Shown: positions 41,261 through 56,044, counted from the stretch's first letter. The stretch: 64,000 nucleotides of DNA from Octopus sinensis (GCF_006345805.1 NC_043012.1:19034001-19098000); one strand, 5' to 3'. Program-made: numbers and translations. Notes: generated from the letters alone by a model not told the origin.

Positions 41261-41762
41261 GTAAGTTTTTTTTTGCTTTTTGTTTTGAGCCTAAAATATC
41301 AATTGTCACTGGAGGACGAATGAAACCCATGTAAGTTGGTGATAAATTTTGATTACAGGTGAGTCATTGCAGCGAAAGCTGGCACAGGTAGGTGAAATCA
41401 GACAACTGTGGAGAACGAAACAAACTGCAGCATAAGAGAGCGCACATTTCCATCTTGATCCTCTTTGTGTAACATACGCAACGTATGAAAATCATGTTCC
41501 AGATGGAAATACCATACGTCGATCCGAGCAGATGTAAGCAGGTGGTGTGATCTCCAATGGAAAAGAGGCGATCGTTCGATCCACGCTCTCATTGAACACG
41601 AAACGGCAACAAACAACTACTAATACTACTAATACAACCAGCAGTCGTAGTAACAGTATTAATGGTGGTGGTGTTGGTGGGGTGGTAGTAGTGGTGGTGG
41701 TAATGGTGTTGGTGGTTGTAGTAGCAATGGTGTTGGTGGTACTAGTAGTAGTAGTAGTAGTG

Positions 41763-41844
<82 letters not shown>

Positions 41845-42179
41845 AATGAAGATAATGACTATGACCAGGAAGTGGGCGAAATGAAGTCCATTTTCCTGGA
41901 CTCTCCCTTTCCCTCTGAGTGTGAATGTACGATCGTTTGTTTGATGGGTGAGTCTTTGTCCGTGTGCATATCTATGTGAGTGTGCGCGCGCAGGAATTTT
42001 TTTGTAGGTATGCAGGTGACATCAATATACTTGTTATTAGCAAACCATTATGACCAAATCAAGGGGAGCACGACGGAGAGCATCCTAGATACAGCTAACT
42101 CCATACAACAAAGGTATATATGCAAAACCCTACAAGGCATCCTAACAACAAAGGTACATTCGTAAGTATACAGTTAAGT

Positions 42180-42670
<491 letters not shown>

Positions 42671-42819
42671 AGAGAGGGATATATAAGTACATAGATAAAT
42701 AAGCAGATAGAAACGTATGTACAGAGGTAGTACGAATAAACATGTAAATACAAACCCACACACAAGGCGACAGAAAAGCGTGTGCACACACACACACACA
42801 TTGCAGCCACAGGCATACA

Positions 42820-43310
42820 CACACAAACCCATAAGCATCGACGCGCTCAAACACGCACAAGGAAGCAGAAGAGCACACACACATAATACGCACACACACA
42901 CACACACATACACACACAAACGCATAAGCATCGACACGCTCAAACACGCACAAGGAAGCAGAAGAGCACACACACATAAATACGCACACACACACACACA
43001 CATACACACACAAACGCATAAGCATCGACACGCTCAAACACGCACAAGGAAGCAGAAGAGCACACACACATAAATACGCACACACACACATACACACACA
43101 CACATACACACACACATTCATACACAAACGTATAAGCATCGACGCGCTCAAACACGCACAAGGAAGCAGAAGAGCACACACACACATACGCACACACACA
43201 CATACACACACATTCATACACACACACATTCATACACAAACCCATATGCATCGACACGCTCAAACACGCACAAGGAAGCAGAAGAGCACACACACATAAA
43301 TACGCACACA

Positions 43311-43349
<39 letters not shown>

Positions 43350-43439
43350 ACACACACACACACACACATTCATACACAAACGCATAAGCATCGACACGCT
43401 CAAACACGCACAAGGAAGCAGAACAGCACACACACATAA

Positions 43440-43485
<46 letters not shown>

Positions 43486-43557
43486 TCATACACAAACCCA
43501 TAAGCATCGACACGCTCAAACACGCACAAGGAAGCAGAAGAGCACACACACATAAAT

Positions 43558-43593
<36 letters not shown>

Positions 43594-43870
43594 ACACACA
43601 CACATACACACACACATTCATACACAAACCCATATGCATCGACACGCTCAAACACGCACAAGGAAGCAGAAGAGCACACACACATAAATACGCACACACA
43701 CACATACACACACACACACATACACACACACACATACACACACACATTCATACACAAACGCATAAGCATCGACACGCTCAAACACGCACAAGGAAGCAGA
43801 AGAGCACACACACATAAATACACACACACACACATACACACACACATTCATACACAAACGCATAAGCACG
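42820..43870. repeat. Composite minisatellite: 9 copies of a ~50-bp constant core separated by variable (CA)n tracts
   Basis: Core CATAAGCATCGACACGCTCAAACACGCACAAGGAAGCAGAAGAGCAC starts near 42830, 42923, 43017, 43131, 43243, 43383, 43499, 43631 and 43761. A truncated tenth copy starts near 43861. Confidence 0.95.
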
Positions 43871-44847
43871 CACATATACGCAGATATATGAATGTGCAGG
43901 AGATACACATGCATGCGTACAAACGTACGTACGTACGTACATACATACGCAAGCACACGCGCACACTGGTACGCATACACACGCACGCAACAAGGTCTCA
44001 AGCAAACAAACGCAGCCTCCCGTATAGGACTAACTCGAAAGTCATGGAATCAATTACGAGTAGCAACAAAAGTGCTTTGGCAAACAAAGACAAAATAGAT
44101 GAATAACAGTTGAACCAAATTAAATAAACAGTTAATCAGTTCGATATTTAACCAATTGTCTTATAATAAAGGACTGAAATTGAGCTAGTGCGTATTGGGT
44201 TAATGACTCACCCAACAAAATTTGTTCCAACACATGAATTCACGTAAAGAATCTTGCAAACCAGATACAAACACGAAGTTGATATAATCGGCTCTTTAAC
44301 ATTGACAACTCAGAACGCTTCTCAATCGAACTTCTTAAAAACTTTGATTTGCATATCACGTTCCTCCGCAATTATCATCTCATTGTTTAATCAGTGACGT
44401 ACAACCATAATTAATCAATGTCATGTACATATTTTCAGAATTTTATCTCTTTATTATTTTGAAGAATAAATCCAATTATTATTATTTTGCTTCCGATAAT
44501 ACTTGCTTGATATTATTAAGAAACATTTGAAATGCAAGATACTAGACGTATATTCTTACATGTTGAAATAAATATTTGTATCGCTACGTAATTCAGATAA
44601 TTATTCTTTATCCAAAGGTAAACATAATTACACACACGCGCGAATAGATTCTCTTCGTAACAACAAATACTGCATTTGTTGGTATTGTTCTTCTTTCGTG
44701 ATAACATCGTTTAACAACTATATATTGCAACATCGTTTTAACAACTATATATTGCAATGCACCTCAGATGAATTTGTCATGTATGTTTTTCAATTATATG
44801 TTATCTACAATAATGCAGTCGAATCCTGCTGTGTGTATATATATGTG

Positions 44848-44904
<57 letters not shown>

Positions 44905-44923
44905 GTATATATATATGTATATA

Positions 44924-44959
<36 letters not shown>

Positions 44960-45058
44960 GTATATATATATATGTATATATATATGTATATATGTATATA
45001 CATATATATATACATATATATGTACACATATATGTACATATATATATATATACATATA

Positions 45059-45116
<58 letters not shown>

Positions 45117-45129
45117 GTATATATATATG

Positions 45130-45440
45130 ACTTCATTCTTCCCGAGAGTCCTTGTCGTTTTCCCTCCCTTACCGTTTGTTTTTGCTGTTTTGTTTTTACT
45201 GTTCTCTTTTTGGTACAACATTAACCCTCCGCAAATCCCAAATTACGTTTAATTTGCTCTGCGGGAACGACTGCTTTGACAAAGGTGCCTCTTGCCCAAA
45301 ACTTTCGAAATCCGGAGTAGATAAAACAGGGAGCAACTGTTTGTTTCTTTCGTTGTTCCAAAAAATGCTCGTTTTCGATGTTTTTCTTTTTACATGTGCT
45401 CGTTATTCATGTCCACGTTTTTTGACGTCCTGTAACCATA
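45130..45440. mobile_element. Probable retroelement terminal (PLE pseudo-LTR-like) fragment
   Basis: GCTCTGCGGGAACGACTGCTTTGAC...TTTCGAAATCCGGAGTAGATAAAAC...CACGTTTTTTGACGTCC resembles a recalled octopus repeat, and it lies just beyond the 3' end of the PLE at 45920-47010. Confidence 0.4.
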
Positions 45441-45518
45441 TATGGATGTGTGTGTATATACATATAGAAGTAGGTATGTGGATGTATGTATGCATATATA
45501 TATATATATTATTCATAT

Positions 45519-45550
<32 letters not shown>

Positions 45551-45599
45551 TATTATTTATATTATATATACATATGTTTATATATGTATATTCTTTTAT

Positions 45600-45700
45600 T
45601 TGTTTCAGTCATTTTACTGCGGCCATGCTGGAGCACCGTCTTTAATCAAAGAAATCGATTGTCCTCCAGCCAAGTACTTATTCTATCGGGTCCTTTTGTC
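45600..45700 (-). mobile_element. SINE family A 3' fragment
   Basis: TGTTTCAGTCATTTTACTGCGGCCATGCTGGAGCACCG...AGTACTTATTCTATCGG. Confidence 0.75.
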
Positions 45701-45919
45701 GATGTGCTGATGCGTAAAATTCTACAGAAAAAATATGTATTTTATTATCAGGGAGAATGTATACACGTACACATACATATACATACATATACCTAAAATA
45801 CATACACATAAATATATAGAGACATATCTTCACAACAAGATAAATATATACATCATAACATATATACGCAACATCAAATGTGACAGTCACAATTTTCCGC
45901 AAGTCAATACATTTTACCC

Positions 45920-47010
45920 ATACGATTATTCATTGGTTGACATTTTAAACTTCGCGGCATGCCTGCAAGAATTTAAGAACTCACGTCTCTGCTTCAAATG
46001 ATGTGTATCCTGGAAAAAGATGAAGAACTTTTCTAAGAGGCAAAGACTAGATTTCATGGGTCTTTCATATGCGCCAAGTCTATATACTGATGCTTTTTCT
46101 AGAAATTCCCAGGTTACATTCACAGAACGAGTGTCATTCTCTTTCAATTCCCTGTTATACTCTGCAAGACTTGTTGATGTCCTAATCTCGGTGGGAATAG
46201 AATCGAGCCTTGCATAGATTTTCCTAAGCCCCTGTGTATGTTTTATATTCTTATGAGCCATCTACTTGCACTTAAGCTTTATAAACAATTCCTTTTTCTT
46301 GACATTTAGCTTCCAACAGACAGCAAGTCGTATCTTTGTAGTTACAGTTCTTCAGATTAGATTCGGCGCGGCAGTTGTTTGTAATAATTTTCGTGTTATG
46401 CTAATTCATAAAAGGGGCGGATTTTTTTGCGACAAGAATAGCTAACCTTTAGTGTTCAATTAAAAATTATATAGAAATTACGGCTAGATTGAAAATGCTT
46501 AGAAACTATTGTTAAGCATTCCCTATCTATATTAGATTTTACAGCAATATTAAATGCGGGGTTAAACCATAAAACTAGTTTCAGTCCTACGTTAGAATTA
46601 GCTTGACTATACTGGATCTCCTCCGAGAATCCACTTTTACTTAATGCATTACTGTAATACGGTGCGGCATTTTGAAATGCTGTCTCATTGGAAGAAATTG
46701 ATGATATTCGCATTCCTACACAACTAACTCGGTTCTTAAGAATTACAGGTGGATGATTAGATTATTTGCTAATATAACATAGCTTTTCAATGGGCTTACA
46801 GTAGGGTTTAAATTTATCTAATTGCAAATCTAAGTTGATATCTAAAAAAATCTACGTCATTAAGTTTATTTTCTATGGTAATCCGTAAGTCCATGCATTG
46901 AAAGAAAGTAATCGGATTCTTCCTACGTTCATCTACCTCATGACCGTTCAAATTATGGGTAACTATAAGACCGTCATCCATATATAACGCTGCATCCATA
47001 AGAGAAACAA
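45920..47010 (-). mobile_element. 5'-truncated, decayed Penelope-like element (RT catalytic motif through GIY-YIG C-terminus)
   Basis: Minus frames give LYMDDGL (RT YxDD), RISSISSNETAFQNAAPYYSNALSKSGF...WFNPAFN...KHFQ and TSLAEY...VTWEFLEKASVY...LCLLEKFFI...RREFLNSCRHAAKF. All are characteristic PLE segments in the correct order. Confidence 0.9.
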
Positions 47011-47332
47011 GTTACATTTGAATTTGACTTTACACCTTATAGTTATTTTGTATTACAATGCTAGTGCATATTTCGACATCAGATTTTACAAATTTAAGCT
47101 TAAGCTTCGCCGAGATATATTTTTATTGTTCACTCACGTATTTAATTATGATATATTAATTTATTGTGCAATTTCCTCTTCTATTAACATTTTAATATAT
47201 ACACCAGACAGGTTTTTTAAAATGTGTGCGTATATACGATATGCTGTATATATTTATCTTGATGTGAAGAGAAGATATGTCTCTATATATTTATGTGTAT
47301 GGATGTATGTATTCTAGATATGTGCATGCATG

Positions 47333-47443
<111 letters not shown>

Positions 47444-50136
47444 CGTATTATATATATACATATATATGCGTCTATGTATATGTGTATATGCATTTTATAT
47501 GTATTAGCATTTATTTGCGTACATATTTATTTGTATATTTGTATGCGTGGATATATGTGTGTGTGTGTATGTGTATGTATGTTTGTATATATGTAGATAT
47601 ACATGTAATTTTATGTGTGCGTTTTCTGTTTCTTTTTCTTTTATGTGTTTTCCCTCTTTCTTTCTTTCTCCCCCCACTTGTTAATCTCTGATTTATTCCT
47701 TTTCTTTCTTTCACCCGTTACAATTAACTTGTACAATCATACACCAGGAAATCTCGTGCGCGTACGTGTGAGTGCGTGCATACATTACGCATTTGTATAT
47801 ATATTTATGTTCTGCCTATATATGTCTATATATTTATGTAACCATGTATCTACGTCTGTATGTTTAGTGTATATATGTAATTTATAGATTGTCTGATATA
47901 TGTATTTATTTCCAAAGACAGATTACAGAAAAATGACACGTTCAACACACCAATGCAGAACTTGTATAAATCCATAGGCTGGTAATTGTTCCCTTCTACC
48001 CTAGCTGGCTTAGGGCTAAACACACACACACACACACACACACACGGAAACAAGTATATGTGAGTGCATGTAAACCTACGAAGTAGATGTCCCAACATGG
48101 CAAAGTTAACTATTTCTCTGTAGATTGAAAAAAATTCAAGGAATAAACGTAATCGATTTTCAGTTCATATTTGGGCCTCAGCGGCGGTGTCTAAGTCCAG
48201 TTTCCTCACAGCATACCACTATAAGAGAGCCTCAGTGTCTGGTTTTCTTTGGGATGCTTTCATGTTGCTTTCTGTACATTATTGACCAAAAATGACAAAA
48301 TATTTGCATTAAGATTAGCGAAAAATAGTGACATATATAATTATCTAAAGTAGATCCAGCATATTACTTATTGTCATTATATACACTAAAACGCATTGTA
48401 AACAATGTCTTGCTACGAGGAAAATTCAATTTTCCGCATTCAGATTTCTACGATTCGCATAAAAATAATCTACAATACCAAATGTTATTTGTAACTCTGC
48501 ACAAAAAATGCATCTTACTACAAATTTTATTACCCAACCTTATATATTTGTTCGCCATTAAGTTATGTATTATTTTCTCCAATAAACCAAGAGAGGTTCC
48601 TATAATCTTATTGAAAATTCCTATTATCCTCTAGACAAAGACAGAGATATTATCTCCCCATATTCTTGCCCCATTCTATCTAACTTACAATATCTTTATA
48701 TAAACATATAAAGTAAAACAGTGTTGAAAGCTTGTTGTTTTCTGTATAGTTTATGGGTGTTAAATGATTATACATGCTGCATAAATGTAATATATATCTT
48801 CTTGATTTAATTTCAATGCTCTTCCCCTGGAAATAAATGGGTGCTCTTACATGTTCAGGTTTGTTTATTTGTATTATTATTTTTAGTATTAATGCAATGA
48901 TTTAATATAAAAATTGAGTCTGGTATGTTCTCTCTAGCTAACAAACATTTGATATATTTTTCCTGTTTAAACAGTTATGAAAGATGTTTGCATGAGCAAC
49001 CTAGCATTAGGCTGGCTATATATTCAAGACGCAGCAGAGAGAACTATTCAGTTATAACTGCTTTCATAAAAAGCTATTCGTTTTCAATTCATCTGGAAAA
49101 TAATGCAGAAATATTTGAAAGAAATCCGAACTTATGAGATGTAAAGTACACATGTTTGATGAAGCTTACCCTAGCTGTTGTATTAGTTTTATCTTGTCCA
49201 ATGTTTAGCATACAGTATTTGCTTCGTATTTGCTTTAGTTTCAGTGATATTTCGTTATGAATGTGAATCGCTCTTTATTGATTTACTAAGAATATGAAAT
49301 ACTTTTAACTTAAACAAATATAAGTATACATATTAGGACGTGTTTTTCTCTGTGTGGGAGTATGCGAATGTATTTATTATTAGTACTTATACATACGTAC
49401 ATGTATATATGTAAATGTGTGTTAGAAGTTATATACACGTGTGAATAAGATTAGTAATTCAGCCGTAAGAATGAGTGCAAATTTTCGATTTAAAATTTTC
49501 CATAAATGAAGTATAAGAAACATTTCCATATCTATTTCATTTGCATTTCATTTAGATATTGAGACGTAAGCCAAAAAATACACAATTATTAAAAAGAAAT
49601 TGTAGATTTATTGTTTCCATCGAAATACAAATATTATACTTACAGAAAGAAAAATAATTTCTTTTGCCTGCCAACAATTTCTAATATATATCTTGAAACT
49701 TTTTGTCCAATATTATTTACTTGTTCGTAGCACAAGATTGATCGTCGAGTTAAAATTGCGAACAGTTTAAAACTACTACACCCATGCTTTTATTAAATAT
49801 ATAATAAAGTGGTTAGCATGAGGAAGTCTAAATCAGCGATACAGGAAATTAATGATATCCAATCTTCTTAAAATGCTCAATGATCACTGCACCTTACCAG
49901 ATTATTACGCTAGAAAATGTTCCATCGCTTTTTCAGGTAAAATTAAAGAAACCGTCCATCGTGTCCCATTGTTTGCTCAAGCAAATATTGAATAAAATTT
50001 TTTTTACAGATCATATTTTTAACTTCAATAAAGTTTCTTTGAGCTTTCACATAATATTAATATGAACATTATACGGCGTTTTATGCCTGCGGTATATATG
50101 TACAAGCCTGCACACACACACACACACACTCACAAA

Positions 50137-50190
<54 letters not shown>

Positions 50191-50196
<6 letters not shown>

Positions 50197-50345
50197 CTCA
50201 TGTGGATACACCTATCCATCACTCTCTCTCTCTATATATATACATACACACACACATACATATATATATATACATACTTATGTGGATACACCTATCCATC
50301 ACTCTCTCTATATATATATATACATACACACACACACATACTTAT
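50191..50345. repeat. Two-copy ~80-bp tandem repeat with a unique core
   Basis: TACATACT(C/T)ATGTGGATACACCTATCCATCACTCTCTCT occurs at 50191 and 50271. Confidence 0.9.
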
Positions 50346-50352
50346 ATATATA

Positions 50353-50399
<47 letters not shown>

Positions 50400-51451
50400 T
50401 ACATATATATACGCATATGGGGAGAGACAGGAGGGGGAAAATAGAGGGGAAGGTAATATCTTATTTCATTTACACTCCCCCTTAACAATTCAATATCTGT
50501 GGGTTTGCTAGCTCTCCACCACGAACTATTTCATAAATTGTTTAGGATGCCCTACTATGTTTCCCTGCGCGATTCAAAGAAATATGAAAGCAATACTTTC
50601 ATGCAGTATCTTTTGTAAGAAATATGCAAATGACTACACTGAACCGAAATTTTGAGATATTACTATTACTAACAGCGAATACAACAGAAAATGCACGGCA
50701 TCTCTAGACGCATAGAAAGCTCACCAAAAAACAAAAACACAACAGATTACTTTAATAACACACCAGCATGATTTTACCCATCATGAGTAAAGGAAATTGA
50801 AAGAAATATAGAAATAAATGTTATAGATATACATATTACTCGCGAGATTTCTATTACAAAGGATCGATAACACATGTCGATGGTCAAGCCCGACTTCCTT
50901 CTACAGCATCGAATTAAGCTTTGTATGGATATCCAGAATATTTTTTTAAACTATCCCTCAAAACTTCTGAAACATTTATACAAATCTAACGCCGATAATA
51001 TAAAATAAGAGTTAATAGCGATCTCACAACTGCACATTTGCTACGGCTGTATTGTAAGGAAAATATTCCTCGCCATCAAAAGTATGTAGTCCTTAAGCGG
51101 TTATTTCATATTGATTGTCTAAACCAATTCCATATCGGATCATATTGTTGTTCGATAAATATGTCATAAACATTTCAAAAGATACACGTTAAAAACAAAA
51201 TATAATATATCAATATGTAAGTCGCATGAAAAAATAAACAGTTCTTGAGGCATTTAATATAAACACTTACTCGGATCCACGAGTTATTTTTCCTACTTTA
51301 ATTCATGAGACTTTTGTATGTGAACGTAAATAAATATAATCTCCACTAAACAAATTGCATAATTTGCTTTAGATCTGTACTGAGTAATACTATACTGTTC
51401 ATGTTTTCGCGGATGGTAAAACATTTTTCAAAGTAAGTGTATTTCTAACAG

Positions 51452-51543
51452 AATTGCCATCGCCGACTGTGTTTTTTGTAACAGCGTCCGCCTAGAGAAT
51501 ATCATATTAAGTATCACTCGTTACCAATTGCGTCGATATCAGG
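51452..51543 (+). CDS. Candidate 92-nt internal exon (IAIADCVFCNSVRLENIILSITRYQLRRYQ)
   Basis: GTGTATTTCTAACAG|92 nt|GTAACT. One of three frames is open and GC is elevated. No homology recognised. Confidence 0.25.
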
Positions 51544-52499
51544 GTAACTTCCGTGTTCAATGCATTTCTCGCTATTTCCCTTTCATTGAAAGAAAACTTA
51601 CTTGTCTAATAATTACGAAACACGTTTTAAACCATTTCCTTGTTGATTGGTGATAATGCCTTTTCTCCCTTTTTAATGTATTTTAGTATATTTATTAATC
51701 CATGTCATTTATGTTAATTTGACACATTATATAATTTGATAAATTTTAGGCAGTCAAGTATTAGAATAATCCATATTTATAAATTCATTGTTTCATGCTC
51801 CAAATATTTTCTTCGTCTTCAATACTCTCCTTATCCCAGATTCCAATTTTTAACTGTATTTGTTTTTCAAGTGGTGTAATAATTGAATAAACAAAAGGCA
51901 ATGTTCTCTCACAATGTGATCATGTATAGTTTGTGAAATAAATATCCAATTAAATAAGTTGTTAGGTTGAACTACTTGGATATATCTACAGCGATACAAT
52001 GCTGAAGACCGTAGAACCGATAGCGATATGCAATTATGGATATTTCAAGAAAATTATCACTAACATAGTTACATTTATCTAAAGTAGGTTCAATAAAAAG
52101 ATATAGAAACAACTTAAACTTTATAGAAACCTTAAAATGCGGCAATAGGTAATCTCAGAACTCAGTTACAGGAAAGAAATGGAGATTAGAGGAGATGCTG
52201 GTTGTGGTGAAATTGTCAATTTATTTTTCATTCCTTCATATATTTACCAGCTATATAGGGATGCAATAGCGCCTTCATGTTGCCGGTAAATATAGAATTA
52301 CTTCGCTGCTAGAAATGTTATATAATTTAGTTCTGAATATAAAATATTTCAAGAACAAAAATCTTACAGTCCAAGTTGTAATGTTTTTCATCACAGAGGG
52401 ATTCTGTCAAACACAAAATTCATTAAAGAAGCTCAACCATAGCTATGTGAAAATAATATATATCATCATATGTATATTTTATAGTTAATGGCGAACTTC

Positions 52500-52660
52500 T
52501 GCTGACTCTTTCACCTCAACTTTCTCTCACACTTTCCTCCCGCAACTTGCAGCTCACCTGCGACGGACTGGCTTCTCTTTCAGGTGGGGAACCTATACGC
52601 CAAGTAAACCGGGAAACCGGCCCTAATGAGCCAGATATGGCTGGAGAAGGAACAAACAAT
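52500..52660 (+). mobile_element. Probable LINE/SINE 3' tail fragment
   Basis: GC-rich segment ending GGAAACCGGCCCTAATGAGCCAGATATGGCTGGAGAAGGAACAAACAA, resembling a recalled octopus RTE-type 3' end. Confidence 0.4.
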
Positions 52661-52987
52661 TTTATATTATAAATATCGATGTAGTATGAAATGTATATAT
52701 ATACATGTGTGTGCGTGTGTGTGTGTGTAAATTATTTTATTATATAAAATTGTATATGATATTTTAAATACTTTCCTTTATTTGGTTTATAACAAATTGT
52801 GTCATCGTTTCTTTTTCAGTCAGTGTGAGAAATGGGGGAATTAGCTAAAAAAAGGAAAGATGCCGACGGAATGCACACACATTGATATCCAGGTTTCGCA
52901 ATTTTAGTGACTGAAATAAACCTAATTTCTGTCTTCTTTGATGGACCCAATTGTTCACGTATTATTGTATTTAATAAAAATCAGTTT

Positions 52988-53100
52988 TGATTACATCGAC
53001 CGCAGTACGCAACTGGTATTTAATATATCGACCCTGAAATTATGAAAGGCAAAGTCAACCACGGCGGAATTTGAACTCAGATGGTAAAGACAGACGAATA
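52988..53100 (-). mobile_element. SINE family C core fragment
   Basis: GATTACATCGAC...ATCGACCC...ATGAAAGGCAAAGTCAACCACGGCGGAATTTGAACTCAG. Confidence 0.75.
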
Positions 53101-53350
53101 TATGTTTTTATATTAGATTACAGACCATTAGAGATCTGAAATTGTGCCAAACTAAGATAACGTCAGACAAAATAGTTTTATTTTCCAACGATGGATGTAT
53201 AAACTTATTTCCAGGAACCTGATGTAACATGACATCAAAATATCTTATGTGAATGGTACTTGATGCCGAGGACACCTATTTCTTCTCTTTAAAAGAAATG
53301 AAAATATGTGTGCGGCGTAACTGATAACCAGTAAAGAAGAACCTTATTGA

Positions 53351-53618
53351 CATTATTTCTATTTGACAGATGTTTGTCCTCATCTTCTTTGTTGTTACCC
53401 TCCACTCTTCATCAGGTGCTTTGGTGAAATTTCGAACCTGCGTTCTCATTCCTAAGGTAATTTTCGATGTTGTTGTTATTATTATTATTATTATTATTCA
53501 GGTCACTGCCTGGAATCGAACTCGGAATCTTGGGGTTAGTAGCCCGCGCTCTTAACCTCTACGCCATATGCACGGGGACAAGATGAGGACAAATATTCGT
53601 CAAATATAAATAATGCAC
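53351..53618 (-). mobile_element. Composite element copy 2: tRNA-like head + (AAT)n + PLE-type tail, with an inverted tail copy
   Basis: Arms 53351-53394 and 53578-53617 are inverted. The head has A box TGGCGTAGAGG and a perfect B box GTTCGATTCC. CTGATGA lies on the minus strand at 53415-53409. Confidence 0.8.
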
Positions 53619-54496
53619 AAATATCTATCATATGTAAATGATGTACAAAATACCCCATCTCTTAAATATAGAACGGTAGTAAAGAAGAAAACAACCCTTT
53701 TAAGGAATATTTGAGTAAGATCCTGATTGATGAAGTAGATTGGAAAATACTACCAAATATAAAATAAAACGACAGAGATAAATAATAGCTAGCTTCAAAG
53801 AGAGCGAGAGAAAGCAATATTAAATATTTGTTCGATATAAGTGTAATTTTTCTGATGTTTTTCCAGAACATCCAGACACACAATATGTACAATTTGGCAA
53901 CATGCCTTTTACAAGAAACTTATTATTATTATGTTAGGATTCCATGGATGATATAAGCAAGAGAGTATATGTATTGTGTATAAACTTTATTACCTGAATT
54001 GGAAGGATTCCAGGCTGGTCAACGTCATAAAAACGTGTTTTAAGACGTAAAGTCTCATGTTTTATATAATATGATATATTTATATAATAGTGTGATAATT
54101 CGTTCTATAACATTGTAATAAATATATTAAAAAAAACTGAACTATGTTAGTAAACAGGTTAATAAGGAATCATACAAATACAATATGCAATGTAATATTT
54201 CACATGCACGTACGTGTGTGTGTGCGTGTTTGTGAGTCTCTGTGTGTCTGGGGGCGTGGTTTTGATTGTGTGTATATGCGAGTGTGCGTGAGTATAGGCG
54301 TGTGTGTTTGTGTTCTTAGGAGTGAAAATTTGCAGGTAATAGTGTTAGCACACTTCGTAAAATAAGACGTTGTAAGACAAGATCCTGTTGACATCACACA
54401 GCAGTATATGTGAAGTTTTGCGTCAGAAATATTACACCAAGCTTGTATGTGTATGATTGCATGTATGCAGGTATGTCTATATGTATGTATGCAACT

Positions 54497-54580
<84 letters not shown>

Positions 54581-54606
54581 TATATATATATATAATATAT
54601 ATATAT

Positions 54607-54638
<32 letters not shown>

Positions 54639-54663
54639 ATATATATAATATATATATATAATA

Positions 54664-54713
<50 letters not shown>

Positions 54714-55167
54714 GCATGCCTATACACACATATGTACATATATATATGTATATGTATGTACGTATGAATGCGTGTGCGCTCGTGCATGCGTGTGTGCATG
54801 CATATATCGTATAATGTACAATGTATAACGTTTTGGGCTACTGATAATTTCATATATTAGAGATGTTGTTTGGGCAGGATTTTATAACAAACCAAGAGCA
54901 TCCAAGTCACAAATCAGGACGATAGATCAAGAGAAATCACGAGAGGAGATGTAAGCGAGTCGGTTCAAAATGTGTAAGGGTGAAAGAAGAGATAGGAAAA
55001 AAGAAGGGAATTAGAGTTATGTCCACGTCGAAGGTAAAGTCATAAAGTTAGATTGTATAGAATCGATGGAAGTGATATAACGTCCACAAACCAGCTGCTC
55101 AATCCGGTGTGTTGTTTTCTCCAATCTACTGGAAGAAACTTCTCCATATTCTTCTTTGTTCTTTTAT

Positions 55168-55440
55168 TACTTTCAGTCATTTGACTGCGGCCATGCTGGA
55201 GCGCTCCCTTTAGTCGGACAAATCGACCGCATGACTAATTCTTCATATGCCCAGTACTTATTCTATCGGTTTCTTTTGCCGAACTGCTTATATATATATA
55301 TTTCGTCTATCAAATCCTTTCACAAGGCTTTGGACGTCCCGAGGCTATAGTAGAATACACCTGTCCCGGGTTCCATGCAGTGGCAGTGATCCCGGAACCA
55401 TGTGGTTGGTAAGCTAGCTACTTACCACAAAGCCACTCTT
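55168..55440 (-). mobile_element. SINE family A, near full length
   Basis: The tail motif TTTCAGTCATTTGACTGCGGCCATGCTGGAGC and the head (minus strand GAGTGGCTTTGTGGTAAGTAGC...GGTTCCGGGATCA) are both present. Confidence 0.85.
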
Positions 55441-55479
55441 GTTTAGAATTGCTGAAGATTTCTAATATGTAATTCAGCG

Positions 55480-55900
55480 TTGCGGTCGAGTTATCAGATG
55501 TAAAAAGATGCCATTTTGCAACTATGCATGACTTGCATTTCCTAGATCCAGTAACATATGGCATACAATTTGCCATGATTTTATTTTACTTGAGTGTCTG
55601 ACTGTATGAGCCGAGGGGTTGGTTTTCAAACACTAAACGTTGTTAGACAGCTTCGTGGATCTACTTTTGTCCATGTACTGGAAAGAAGATAGATGTTTTT
55701 TATAGCGTATTTTGAAGCCGTCTTCGCATAACTCGATGTAATTCTTCTTTTCGTGGAGGTTGTCATGTAGCATTTCTGTAAATTTTGTAAAAGGCGATGT
55801 TTCTCATACCTAGTCTAGTTCCAAAGCACTATGTTATGAATACATGTTTGGCCAATGATATTATCATAAATAATATTATTTATTTATATTATATCCTTCG
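55480..55900 (-). mobile_element. Decayed PLE GIY-YIG fragment
   Basis: Minus translation EKKNYIELCEDGFKIRYKKHLSSFQYMDKSRSTKLSNNV* matches the YIG..E..FK.RY..H..SF....ST.LS..VW half of the PLE endonuclease. It is the same subtype as 45920-47010 and is not listed in the ORF track. Confidence 0.75.
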
Positions 55901-55931
55901 TAATGCTTTTACATTACTCTCTACTTATATA

Positions 55932-56044
<113 letters not shown>

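Noticed and set aside
42820-43870. CRISPR array
   Set aside because: The spacers are (CA)n microsatellite variants rather than unique sequences, the context is eukaryotic, and no cas genes are present.
44703-44757. 26-27-bp tandem duplication (AACATCGTTTAACAACTATATATTGC x2); similar 12-bp repeat at 14730-14760
   Set aside because: These are ordinary local slippage duplications with no further structure.
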